Assembly (NCBI GenBank): GCA_903850505.1
Contig: CAINLT010000295.1
Coordinates: 1 to 62,799 of the forward strand
Length of the DNA stretch: 62,799 nucleotides
Source of the DNA: an uncultured Myxococcales bacterium
GTDB taxonomy: Bacteria > Myxococcota_A > UBA9042
Direction of reading: 5' to 3'
Position 1 is the stretch's first letter. Every line of letters begins with the position of its first letter. Below are positions 1 to 8,889 of this stretch, in pieces. Below the pieces are notes generated by a model. It was not told the DNA's origin. It saw nothing but the letters and a program-made list of their open reading frames with translations, and ran no database searches. Made by a program: the position numbers and the translations under genes.

Positions 1-1
1 C

Positions 2-544
2 GGCCGCGGCCTCGGCCGCCTGTTTGAAGAACTTGAAACGATGGAGATTTTTGACCGCGGCTACGACTACGTCTTCTACGACGTGCTCGGCGACGTGGTC
101 TGCGGCGGCTTTGCCGTGCCGATGCGCGATGGCTACGCGGAAGAAGTCTACGTCGTCACGTCAGGCGAGTTCATGAGCCTGTACGCTGCCAATAATATTG
201 CCCGCGGCATCGCCAACTATGCGGAACAAGGCGACATCCGCATGGGCGGCCTGATCGCCAACGTCAAGGATCTGGCGTTTGACCGCGCGCTGATCGAGAA
301 ATTCGCCGAGAAAATCGGCACGCACGTCGTCTGGTACCTGGAGTGGAACAAGGTGGTCTACGAGGCGGAGCGGCGGCGCAAGACCGTGCTGCGCTATGCG
401 CCGGATCACCCGTTTGCCCAGGAATGGCTGGACATGGCCGACGCGCTAGAGAAGAAGGCCAAGCCGCACATTCCGCATCCGATGAGCGACACGGAGCTGG
501 ACGTGTTCCTGGAAGATCTGTTCGGGATTCAGGCGGAGGAATAG
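2..544 (+). CDS. NifH/BchL/BchX/CfbC-family nitrogenase-like Fe protein (5'-truncated by window edge)
   Basis: Frame open from base 2 (GRGLGRLFEELETMEIF...). Contains YDVLGDVVCGGFAVP (switch II and 4Fe-4S Cys), TSGEFMSLYAANNI and GGLIAN. P-loop and first Cys lie outside the window. Confidence 0.93.
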   Translation, partial: GRGLGRLFEELETMEIFDRGYDYVFYDVLGDVVCGGFAVPMRDGYAEEVYVVTSGEFMSLYAANNIARGIANYAEQGDIRMGGLIANVKDLAFDRALIEKFAEKIGTHVVWYLEWNKVVYEAERRRKTVLRYAPDHPFAQEWLDMADALEKKAKPHIPHPMSDTELDVFLEDLFGIQAEE

Positions 545-569
545 CGTTCAGGCGATTCGCCGACACACG

Positions 570-1898
570 CTACCGCCGCCGCGTCACCGTCTGCATGACC
601 TGTTCCGCCAGCCGCAGGGCACCGTGAAAGCCCATCCAGGGCGCCGGCTGCAGGAAGTGCCGCTGCTCGCTGGGAAAGCCGAATTCCAGGAACGGCACGC
701 CGCAATCGCCCAGCAACTCGCGCTCGATCGTCGTCCCAATCGCGATGGACGTCCCGTGAAGCGACGTCCCTGACCCTTCGCCCGCCAACCCGCGAACCTG
801 CTGCGGCGTCGGATCGATCAGCCACTCCACGTCCTTGGGCAGCGTCACGCCGTGCTCCGCGAGCATCGCCTCCACCTCCCGCTGGCCGCCCAGGCGGAAA
901 TGCGTCACGCCGAGCACCGTCGGCGTCATGTTCAGCTCGCTGAGCAGCAGGATCAGCCCGACGAGACGCGGCGCCTCGGCAAAAGCCGCAAACCGTTGGC
1001 CACGCAGGACACGGCGCGCCAGCTCAGCGAGCGGCTTGGCGGTCTGCAGCTCCGCGGCGACAAACGCATCGGCGCGCGCCTGCGGAATCTGCATCGCGTC
1101 GGCGACCTGCTTGATCCACCGCTGCGTACCGGCAAAACCCATCGGCACCGCGACCTTGTGCACCGAGCCGGCGGGCAAGCCGGGCGTCTTCTGCAGTTCC
1201 CGCAGCTGCCCATGCGCCCACGGCAGCACCAGATGGCCGCGCGCCTGCGTCGTGTGCGAAAGCCGCGCGTACGGCTCGCCCGCGAGGTAGACCGACGTCG
1301 CGCGCAGCCCGATTCCCGCAAGCAGCCGCCGCACCTCCGCGACGTTGCCCTGGCAGTCGCCCTCAAAGCGGTCGAACGGCACGCCCAGCACGCTCACTTG
1401 ATCGGGCTGCACATGGACTTCAAAGCGCTCGTACTGCCGGCGAAAAATCGCCGCGACGGTCGCCGCGTAGCCCGCGTACAGGTCATCCTGATAGTTGCGC
1501 GTGGCGATCGCCAGCACGTCCACGCCGGTCTTCTGGCGCAGGCGCTCCACCACCGGGCCCAGCGGCTGGGCTTGGAGGGAAACGGGCGTCGACGAGTCAA
1601 TCACCACGAGCTGGCTGCCCAGGCGGCGGGCAAACGCGATGATCTCCGACTCCAGCTGCTCCGTGGAGCCCTGGATGAGATCCTCGTCGATGAACTGCGA
1701 GTAGCGCATCCGGTTGTGCGCTTCCGTGCCAAAGTCGTGCGCGCTCAGGTGCTGCTGCGTCTTGACCTTGCACCCGACCGAGGCATGGCACATGCAGAGC
1801 GCGTCAGCGACCGCGTGCGCCGCCAGATACACGCCAAAAAACGGCGTGTGGCTGCTGCTGCGGATCACCAGGTCGTCGAGCGTCAGGTCCTCGTACAC
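570..1898 (-). CDS. Nitrogenase component-1-like protein, beta/BchZ-like subunit
   Basis: TPFFGVYLA...CHASVGC, IDEDLIQGSTEQL, VPMGFAGTQRW and C-terminal FGFPSEQRH...PWMGFHGA match the NifK/NifN/BchB/BchZ fold. GTG start with GAGGAG RBS. Confidence 0.82.
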   Translation of the reverse strand: MYEDLTLDDLVIRSSSHTPFFGVYLAAHAVADALCMCHASVGCKVKTQQHLSAHDFGTEAHNRMRYSQFIDEDLIQGSTEQLESEIIAFARRLGSQLVVIDSSTPVSLQAQPLGPVVERLRQKTGVDVLAIATRNYQDDLYAGYAATVAAIFRRQYERFEVHVQPDQVSVLGVPFDRFEGDCQGNVAEVRRLLAGIGLRATSVYLAGEPYARLSHTTQARGHLVLPWAHGQLRELQKTPGLPAGSVHKVAVPMGFAGTQRWIKQVADAMQIPQARADAFVAAELQTAKPLAELARRVLRGQRFAAFAEAPRLVGLILLLSELNMTPTVLGVTHFRLGGQREVEAMLAEHGVTLPKDVEWLIDPTPQQVRGLAGEGSGTSLHGTSIAIGTTIERELLGDCGVPFLEFGFPSEQRHFLQPAPWMGFHGALRLAEQVMQTVTRRR

Positions 1899-1907
1899 GC
1901 GGACTCC

Positions 1908-3281
1908 TCAAGTGGCGGAAGCCGCGACCATCTGCGACGGCAGCACAAGGCGCGCAACCGCATCCGAGTCGTCCGGCAGCTGCGCATGTTCCTGAAACGT
2001 TTTGTAGAACGTGTCCTGCAGCGCGCGATCCACGGTCGCGAGAACGCGCGGCACTTGCCGCCAGCCCAGCCGGATATCGCCGTGTTGCAGCAGCGGAATG
2101 CCGCGCTGGCTCAACTGGTCGCGCAGGAAACCCGCGCCGTAGAACACGTCGTAGGCGCTGCGGGACAGCATCTGCCGCAGGCTGCTCGTCGCGGGAAACA
2201 GGCAAAATGGCCGATCCACGCGCAGGTCGTGCAGCACGCGCGCGACGCGCTGCCAATTCGCCTCGTCCTGCGGCCCCTGGATGAAGATCGCGGTCGTGAA
2301 ACCCAGTTCGTCAAACAGCGTCAGCTCGCCCAGCTCTTCCTGGGCGATGCGCCGCAGGTCAAAACTGCGCACGGAGCCAACGTTGTAGGCGGCCCGCAGC
2401 GGTTTGTCGGCCCACTGCCGGCGGAATTCGGCGATCGCTGCGACCGCGACTTCGCGACCCGGCAGGTCCAGCACCGCGGCTGCCGGTCGCCCCGTCGCTT
2501 GGGCAATCGCCTGCCAAAATCGGTCGGTCGCGTCGAGGCCCACGGGCAGCGGCACTTCGATCGACTGCTGCTGCCATTGCTCCAGCGCGACCTTGCGCAA
2601 GCCGACGAGCATGTCCGGACCCGGGTGAACCAGCCACCCCGCATCGGCGGCGCGCAGAAAATCGTCCAAACCGGAACGTTCATTCAGCACCGCGTTCAGC
2701 GTCAGCCCGAGCGCGGCGAAGCCGTCGGCCAATTCCTCCCGCTCCTCCGGCTGCAGCGACACGCCCACGAGGTTCACGCGGTCCTGGCGGTCCACGAGCG
2801 TCGGCCGCGACGCGCGGGCCAGCAGCGTGTACACCGTGTCCAGGATCTCCGCCGGCGAGCGCGGCTTCAGGCCGTGCGTCACTTCCGCTTCCACGCGAAT
2901 GCCCAGATCGCGCGCGGCTTTGCGCGCCACGTTCACCACGTTGTCGCCGATCATCACGGTCGGACAGGTCGAGAGCACGATAATGAGGTCCGGCTGCAGC
3001 GACGCGTGCACAAGTTCAATCGACCGCCGCAGCTTGGCGTTGCCTTGACCGGTCACCAACTCGTCTTCCCGCATGTTGGTGCACAGGAATTTATAGGCGA
3101 GATCGCTCTGCACCCGGCCGCCGGTCTTGGGCAGGACGTTGGAACAGTCGCGGTCCGAGTGGATGACCACGGCGAATCGGCCGCGCAGGCGTGAGAGGAG
3201 CTCCGTGGCGCCCTGGTAGCTGCACGCCTCCTGCGCCAACAACGCACCGGGATACATGCGGTGCGGGCGGTGACGGGGCAT
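1908..3281 (-). CDS. Nitrogenase component-1-like protein, alpha/BchY/BchN-like subunit
   Basis: Three spaced Cys motifs EACSYQG, HSDRDC and LSTCPTVMIGD, plus TNMREDELVTG and LPVGLDATDRF. ATG with GGAG RBS; 9 bp from the next gene. Confidence 0.85.
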   Translation of the reverse strand: MPRHRPHRMYPGALLAQEACSYQGATELLSRLRGRFAVVIHSDRDCSNVLPKTGGRVQSDLAYKFLCTNMREDELVTGQGNAKLRRSIELVHASLQPDLIIVLSTCPTVMIGDNVVNVARKAARDLGIRVEAEVTHGLKPRSPAEILDTVYTLLARASRPTLVDRQDRVNLVGVSLQPEEREELADGFAALGLTLNAVLNERSGLDDFLRAADAGWLVHPGPDMLVGLRKVALEQWQQQSIEVPLPVGLDATDRFWQAIAQATGRPAAAVLDLPGREVAVAAIAEFRRQWADKPLRAAYNVGSVRSFDLRRIAQEELGELTLFDELGFTTAIFIQGPQDEANWQRVARVLHDLRVDRPFCLFPATSSLRQMLSRSAYDVFYGAGFLRDQLSQRGIPLLQHGDIRLGWRQVPRVLATVDRALQDTFYKTFQEHAQLPDDSDAVARLVLPSQMVAASAT

Positions 3282-3384
3282 TCGGCTCCAGCGGCGGCGT
3301 CAGCAGAAGCGCCGACGGTGCCACTGTGCCCGCAGGGGCCATTCAGGTCAAGGCGCGGCGCGGCAAAGCAGCGGGATCCACGGA

Positions 3385-3942
3385 CTATTGGACGTGCGCA
3401 CCAGCGGCCTTGGCCGCCTCCAGAAAACCGTCGACGTCCGCGGGCGTAACGAACCAGCGGGCTGGCCCGTCCAGCACGACGCCGCCTTCGCGCATCGTCG
3501 CCCACACGCGCGCGCGCTGGTCGCCCAGCAGGTAATATCCGGTGTAGAACCCTGGCAGCCCGGTTCCCGCCAGCCGCATGCTCAGCTTGGCCGGCGTGCG
3601 CTGCACTTTCACGCCCAGCAGCGGCAGCGTGTACGTGCGCAGCAGGGTGTGGACGACGAGCGTGCCGTCGGCGATCTCAAACCGCAGCCGCTCCGCGCCA
3701 AAGAAGCACAGCGCCACCAGCCAGGTGGCCAGCACCGGCATCAGGATCACCGTCACCAGCAGCGTTACCTGCAGCGGCAGGCCGTGGAGCTTGGCGGCCT
3801 CACCCGGGAGCGTCAGCACGCGCGTGACAACGAGCACCGGCGCCAACGCGATCAGCGCCAGCACGATGCCGGTTATCCTGCGGGACTTGCGCCAATTCTG
3901 CGGCGGAGCAAACGACAAGGGCACGTGGGAAAGCTTGCTCAT
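3385..3942 (-). CDS. Membrane protein with bacterial PH domain (bPH_5-like)
   Basis: Two TM helices followed by RLAGTGLPGFYTGYY and FVTPADVDGFLEA. Confidence 0.7.
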   Translation of the reverse strand: MSKLSHVPLSFAPPQNWRKSRRITGIVLALIALAPVLVVTRVLTLPGEAAKLHGLPLQVTLLVTVILMPVLATWLVALCFFGAERLRFEIADGTLVVHTLLRTYTLPLLGVKVQRTPAKLSMRLAGTGLPGFYTGYYLLGDQRARVWATMREGGVVLDGPARWFVTPADVDGFLEAAKAAGAHVQ

Positions 3943-4020
3943 GGACAACCTGACGTCGATTAAAACCCGGCGTGCGGACAGGATAGCCCGACGCGTGGGC
4001 AGCGCAATCTCCGCCCGCGG

Positions 4021-6273
4021 CTACTTGGCGCGGAAGCTGTCCGTCCAGACCGGCGGCGGCGGCGCCGAACCGTCCTTCAGCATGGCCTCCCAATCCGCAT
4101 CGGCGAGCCGTTTGATTTCGTGCACGTCGACTTCGTGATAGCGGAACGTCGGGCCCACGAACGTCTCCGCACCCGTGCACGTGTCCACCGTCAGCACCAT
4201 CAGGCTCACGTTGCCCGTCGCGACGTGCAGCACATCCGGCCCCGGCAGCGGTCCTTGGTTCGCGTTGGTGTGCACGTCGGCGATCGTCGGCTTCCACTTG
4301 TCCAGACTCTCCACGCGAAAGAAGAGCGACGTGTACCAGCCGCTGTACACCTGTCCGCACATGTTGCCTTGGGCGATGACGCTCTTGAGGAACGTCTGGT
4401 CGGCCAGCGACGTGCCCTGCCCGGCCACTTCGTGCTCCGCCGCCGTTTGCAGCTTGCCCATGACGTCCTGCCAGTTGGTGAAAAACTGGTTGAGGTTCTG
4501 CTTGACGTCCGATTTCACCGCCGGCGCGTTGGCCAGCGCCTGATTGGCGACCGCGCCGAGCAGCTTCATCCGCGCGAAGAACTGCGGATACGGCTCCACG
4601 TACGCACCGGGATGCTCGCACACCGCCACGGCCGTATAGCTCTGCTTGGCGTAGAGCAGCGTGTCGTGCCGCAGTTGCGCCCAGGACGCCAGCTGCGTGT
4701 TGGCCATCTTGTCCCGCCAAGCCGGCGTGCGCAGCGCGAACGGGAACTTCACGTCGGTCGTCGGCGCGTTCAACTGCCGCAAACTGTCCAGCCACAAATT
4801 GTACAGGTTGCCCTGCCAGAAAGCCGCGTCGTGCTGGTCAATCAGCCAGCGCAAGGCGTGCAGCGCGCCCCAGTACGGAAACTGCGCGAAGTCCGGCGCG
4901 AGCAGCGGCAGCACCTGGTCGTTGCCCAGCGCAAACAGCGCGTCCAGCGGGTTGGGCAGCACGCGCTCGACCTTCTTGCCGTCGTGGATCACGCGGTCAA
5001 ACGTCACATTGCTGAACACGTACGAGTCGATGACGAAACGCTGGCCCAGGAGCGCAAACGCCGGCGGCTGCGGGGCCGCCTCGCTCGTCGTCGGATCGAC
5101 CTCCAGCACCTGACTGGCGATCTGCTGCGTACCGTACTGGCCACCCGTCAGCGCACCAACGGCGGCGTCAATCTGGGTGGCCGTCAGCGCGGCGATGTCC
5201 GACACCGTCGTCCATTTCTGGTCGGCCGCGAGCTTCTGCACGCCGGCGATGTTGATGTAGTCCACCGGCCCAACCATCAGCGCCAGCAGGTCGTCCGCCG
5301 TTTGCAGTTCCGGCGCGACGTTGCCCGCCTGCACCGCCTGCCCCAACAGCATCGCCAGCATCGCCTGGCGCGGCCGCCACTTCCAGTTGCCGGCCGCATC
5401 CTGCTCGGCGAAGCGCAGGTCCGTCCGGCCAAGCCACATCATCGCGCGGAAGTACTGCTCCAGCTCCGGCACGCCGGCGTAGTGACCGCGCGGCTTGAAC
5501 TGGCTGAAATCCAACTTGCGCGGGCTGCCAAAAAGCGTGATGTCCGCCATCTGCTCGGCCGCCACCGCGTTCAGCAGGTCCGCAACCTGGCTGTCGACCG
5601 CGCCGCCCGTCAGGCTCGGCAGCGTCTTGCCCGCCAACAGGCTGCGCGCCACGGTCAGGTACAAATCCGCGTCCAGCTTGGCTGCCTGCGCATCCGCCGC
5701 CGCGCCGAGATTCAGCCCCGGCAGCGCCGCCTGCGCCTTAGTCAGCGTGTCGTCGATGATGCCGATCAGCGCAAACTGCTCCAGCGTCTTCAAAATGTCG
5801 TCGTAGGAAGCATGCAGCGCCTGCAGGATCGCGTCCGTCGTCACCACAACGGGCAGGTCCTTTTGGAACACCTCCAGCAGCGCTTGCGCCATCGTGTCGC
5901 GCTGCAGCCGATCGGAGACGACAAAGCCGTTGGCGTGCAGCTTGGCCTTTTCGCCTTCGGTCAGCGTCAGCTTCTGATCGACGAGGTCCATGTTCTTGGC
6001 CAGCAGCGGATCAGCGGGCGGCACAATCGGCTTCACGGCGTCAGACGGCGTGTGCAGCGCGAGGAACTGCTCCAGCGTCATGGTCTTGGCGTCGGCGACG
6101 ACTGGCGCGTAGGCCGTCAGGAACGCGGCCTTCTGCGCGGTCACGGTCGGCTTGCCGGACACGGGCACGCCGATGTCCTCGCCAGGACTCGTGGCGGGCG
6201 CGTTGCCAGCACACGACGCAAGAACGACGGTGCCGAACAGCGCGACGAGGCATACAAAACGCGGAGCACGCAT
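4021..6273 (-). CDS. DUF3160-family lipoprotein
   Basis: Lipobox LASC; LDFSQFKPRGHY, YFRAMMWLGR, LASWAQLRHDTLLYAKQSY, IADVHT. ATG at 6273 has a GGAGG RBS. Confidence 0.85.
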   Translation of the reverse strand: MRAPRFVCLVALFGTVVLASCAGNAPATSPGEDIGVPVSGKPTVTAQKAAFLTAYAPVVADAKTMTLEQFLALHTPSDAVKPIVPPADPLLAKNMDLVDQKLTLTEGEKAKLHANGFVVSDRLQRDTMAQALLEVFQKDLPVVVTTDAILQALHASYDDILKTLEQFALIGIIDDTLTKAQAALPGLNLGAAADAQAAKLDADLYLTVARSLLAGKTLPSLTGGAVDSQVADLLNAVAAEQMADITLFGSPRKLDFSQFKPRGHYAGVPELEQYFRAMMWLGRTDLRFAEQDAAGNWKWRPRQAMLAMLLGQAVQAGNVAPELQTADDLLALMVGPVDYINIAGVQKLAADQKWTTVSDIAALTATQIDAAVGALTGGQYGTQQIASQVLEVDPTTSEAAPQPPAFALLGQRFVIDSYVFSNVTFDRVIHDGKKVERVLPNPLDALFALGNDQVLPLLAPDFAQFPYWGALHALRWLIDQHDAAFWQGNLYNLWLDSLRQLNAPTTDVKFPFALRTPAWRDKMANTQLASWAQLRHDTLLYAKQSYTAVAVCEHPGAYVEPYPQFFARMKLLGAVANQALANAPAVKSDVKQNLNQFFTNWQDVMGKLQTAAEHEVAGQGTSLADQTFLKSVIAQGNMCGQVYSGWYTSLFFRVESLDKWKPTIADVHTNANQGPLPGPDVLHVATGNVSLMVLTVDTCTGAETFVGPTFRYHEVDVHEIKRLADADWEAMLKDGSAPPPPVWTDSFRAK

Positions 6274-6431
6274 GGCTAACCTCCAGTAATTTGGGCGCAG
6301 CAAGGAAGCAGCGCCGCGCGGACCGTGACCGAGAAGACCACGGGCGGGACATTCCGCGCAGACAAGATAGGTGATAGCGAAAGCGGTGCTTGCGGCGTCA
6401 GACCTGCGCGGGAACCAATGCGCGGCTGGGG

Positions 6432-7217
6432 CTATCGGCGCAGCTTTTCTGGATAGTCCTCGCCAAATCGCCAACTGAACGCCGGCGCGGCGAGTTCCAT
6501 GTCAGCCGGCCAATGAATGCCGGCGTGCCGCCAAAAATCCACGAAAACATCATAGTCGTCGAGGTCGTATTCGTCATCGGCAAAGGCCGGACCTGCGGCA
6601 AATGGCGCCGGTTCAGGGGCAAAGAACCGCGCGAAAAACGAGGGCTTGGCCGGCTTGGCCGCCGCCTCTTCCGCATCGAGGTTGCGCAGGTACGGCGCGA
6701 TCGCCGCTTCAGACACGGCAAATTTGCGCGCCAGCACCGCCGCGTCGCCGCGCCACGCCTCGGACAGGCCAACCGCATCCGCCACCGTCGCCGTCATGCG
6801 CGCGGGCCGCGAACTGAACTGATCGACCACGGCGCCGTTTTCCACCAGCACGTGCGCCCAGTAGCGGCCGTCCTCCACGAAGACGACGGACGCCACGAGC
6901 CGCAGGTCCTGCGTCACCGCCTCAACCGCCGCCACGTCAAGGCCGACGAACTGCTCCGGCCAGAACACCACGACCCAGCCGTTTTGGGGCTGAAAAATCA
7001 GCGTGTTGCTGGCGAATTCGTCACTGACGTCAACGGACTCGCACGCCACGCCTTTGGCTTGAACGTGACGCGCGATCGCCGCCGAGACGGCCGCAGCATC
7101 ATCGGTGCGAAAAGCTGTCGTGCTGACAAATGCGCCCACCAAGACTCCGCCGCAAGCTGCCCCGCAGCCTGCGCCACTACGTTGCTCCGCGCATGGCTTT
7201 GGGTCAAGCGGGTTCAT
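6432..7217 (-). CDS. Hypothetical protein
   Basis: Coding-like ORF whose ATG overlaps the GH1 stop (ATGA). An alternative GTG start at 7139 has a GGAG RBS. Confidence 0.6.
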   Translation of the reverse strand: MNPLDPKPCAEQRSGAGCGAACGGVLVGAFVSTTAFRTDDAAAVSAAIARHVQAKGVACESVDVSDEFASNTLIFQPQNGWVVVFWPEQFVGLDVAAVEAVTQDLRLVASVVFVEDGRYWAHVLVENGAVVDQFSSRPARMTATVADAVGLSEAWRGDAAVLARKFAVSEAAIAPYLRNLDAEEAAAKPAKPSFFARFFAPEPAPFAAGPAFADDEYDLDDYDVFVDFWRHAGIHWPADMELAAPAFSWRFGEDYPEKLRR

Positions 7218-8785
7218 GGCGTGGTCTTGTCGGTCACATATTTCTGCGCCGTCCATTTCTTGTGGAGGTCGACGGAGATCGCCCGTTGCGCAGCGATCTC
7301 GGCGTAGACGCCGGCTGACGTCGTCTTGGTCCGCGGCAGGTCCGGCTTGGTGTAGTCGACGCGGAACAGCCCGAGTCGCGGCTCCTTGCCGTGCGCCCAC
7401 TCAAAATTGTCGAGGATCGACCAGTGCATGTACCCGCGGATGTCCACGCCGCGGGCAATCGCGCTCGACAGCACCGCCAGGTGCTCGATCAAGTAGCGCG
7501 GCCGCTGCACGTCGTCAGCGTCCGCCGTGCCGTTCTCCGTGATGTACAGTGGCAGCTTCCAGCGATTGGCAGCGTGCGCGATCACGTCCAGGAAAACGCC
7601 CGGATTGATCTCCGTGCCGAGTTCGCTGTGCGGCAGGTTGGGATCGTAGCTCGCGACGTCCGTGATCGGCAGCGCGTCGATGCCCGCGAGCAAGCCCGGG
7701 ACCGCCTGCGCGCGCGATGGGCCGTAGTAATTCAGGCCGATCCAGTCCAGCGATCCCTTGAGTTCCGGGTAATTGCCTTCCGGCGGCGTCGTTGCGGCAT
7801 TCGTCGCCTTCCCGTCCAGATCCAGATCGAGGTTGCCTGTCGTGAGCGCGTCCAGCCACGCGTCGTTGGCTGCGTAGTTCAGGCGCGCCGCCGCCGCGAT
7901 GTCTTCCGCCGACTTCGGGTCCAGCGGCAGGAAGGGCATGGACGCCATCGCGCAGCCCACGGATTGCGCGACGCCATCGCCATCGGCGTCCACGTCGTCC
8001 AGTTGCCGCACAAGTGCCGCCGCTTTGCCGTGGGCAAACGCGAGGTTGGCGAACACGGCGCGCGCGCCTTCAATGTCCAGCGCGAAGCCCGGCGGCAGGG
8101 AGCCTTGCAGGTAGCTGCCCGCGATGACGGAAAACGGCTCGTTGATGATCGGGTACTCGTCGACGTAGCCCTTGACCTGCGGCACGACCCACGCGACGAA
8201 CGCTGCGAAGCGATTGGCGAATTCCGGGTTGTAGACGCCGAGCATGTCCACGGGGCAGGACTTGATGCTGGCGTTACAGCCGGTCGGACTCGCGACGTCG
8301 GTCGGCGTCGTCCAATGAAAAAATGTCAGGAAAACTTTGATGTTGTGAGCGCGCGCCGCTTTCAGCACGTCCAGCACGTGGTTCATCTCCGCTTGGTCGA
8401 ACTGCCCCTGCTTGGGCTCAATCCGCGGCCAATCGATGGAAAACCGGAAAGCTGTCAGCCCCAGCGCAGCCATCTGGTCGATGTCCGTCTGCCATTGCTC
8501 GCGAAATCCGGACGCCTTGCCGCTGTGCTCCCCGTTGCACTTGCCCAGGTCTTCCCACTCCGACCAGTTGGACACCACGTTCTTGTCGCCGGGCATCCAC
8601 GTCCCTTCGCCTTGATACTGGGCGATCGCCGAGCCAAACAGGAAGTTCTCCGGAAAGACAAACGGCGGCTGGCCCATCGTCAGCGGTTTGCCGTCGTAGA
8701 CAACCGGCGTCGCGGTCGTCGCACGCGCCGCGTCGCAGGCCGCAAGGAGCACAAAGGTCAACAGGATCAGCAGGAGGTGGCGCAT
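7214..8785 (-). CDS. Glycoside hydrolase family 1 (beta-glucosidase-like) lipoprotein
   Basis: FPENFLFGSAIAQYQGEG, FRFSIDWPRIEP, catalytic INEP and ITENG, WSILDNFEW; lipobox LAAC. Confidence 0.93.
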   Translation of the reverse strand: MRHLLLILLTFVLLAACDAARATTATPVVYDGKPLTMGQPPFVFPENFLFGSAIAQYQGEGTWMPGDKNVVSNWSEWEDLGKCNGEHSGKASGFREQWQTDIDQMAALGLTAFRFSIDWPRIEPKQGQFDQAEMNHVLDVLKAARAHNIKVFLTFFHWTTPTDVASPTGCNASIKSCPVDMLGVYNPEFANRFAAFVAWVVPQVKGYVDEYPIINEPFSVIAGSYLQGSLPPGFALDIEGARAVFANLAFAHGKAAALVRQLDDVDADGDGVAQSVGCAMASMPFLPLDPKSAEDIAAAARLNYAANDAWLDALTTGNLDLDLDGKATNAATTPPEGNYPELKGSLDWIGLNYYGPSRAQAVPGLLAGIDALPITDVASYDPNLPHSELGTEINPGVFLDVIAHAANRWKLPLYITENGTADADDVQRPRYLIEHLAVLSSAIARGVDIRGYMHWSILDNFEWAHGKEPRLGLFRVDYTKPDLPRTKTTSAGVYAEIAAQRAISVDLHKKWTAQKYVTDKTTP

Positions 8786-8889
8786 GACGCGTTCATGCGC
8801 CCAAACCGCAAGAACGTCAATTTTCGCGGTTTGAACCGGCGCTGGTACACTGGTGGGATGCGCCGACGCGGCGTGCGGGCGGAAACGGC

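Noticed and set aside
2-3281. Calling the locus a true nitrogenase (nifHDK) or photosynthetic bchLNB/bchXYZ
   Set aside because: FeMo-co Cys and half of the P-cluster Cys are missing, there are no nifENB or bch neighbours, and the sequences are too divergent to assign symbols.
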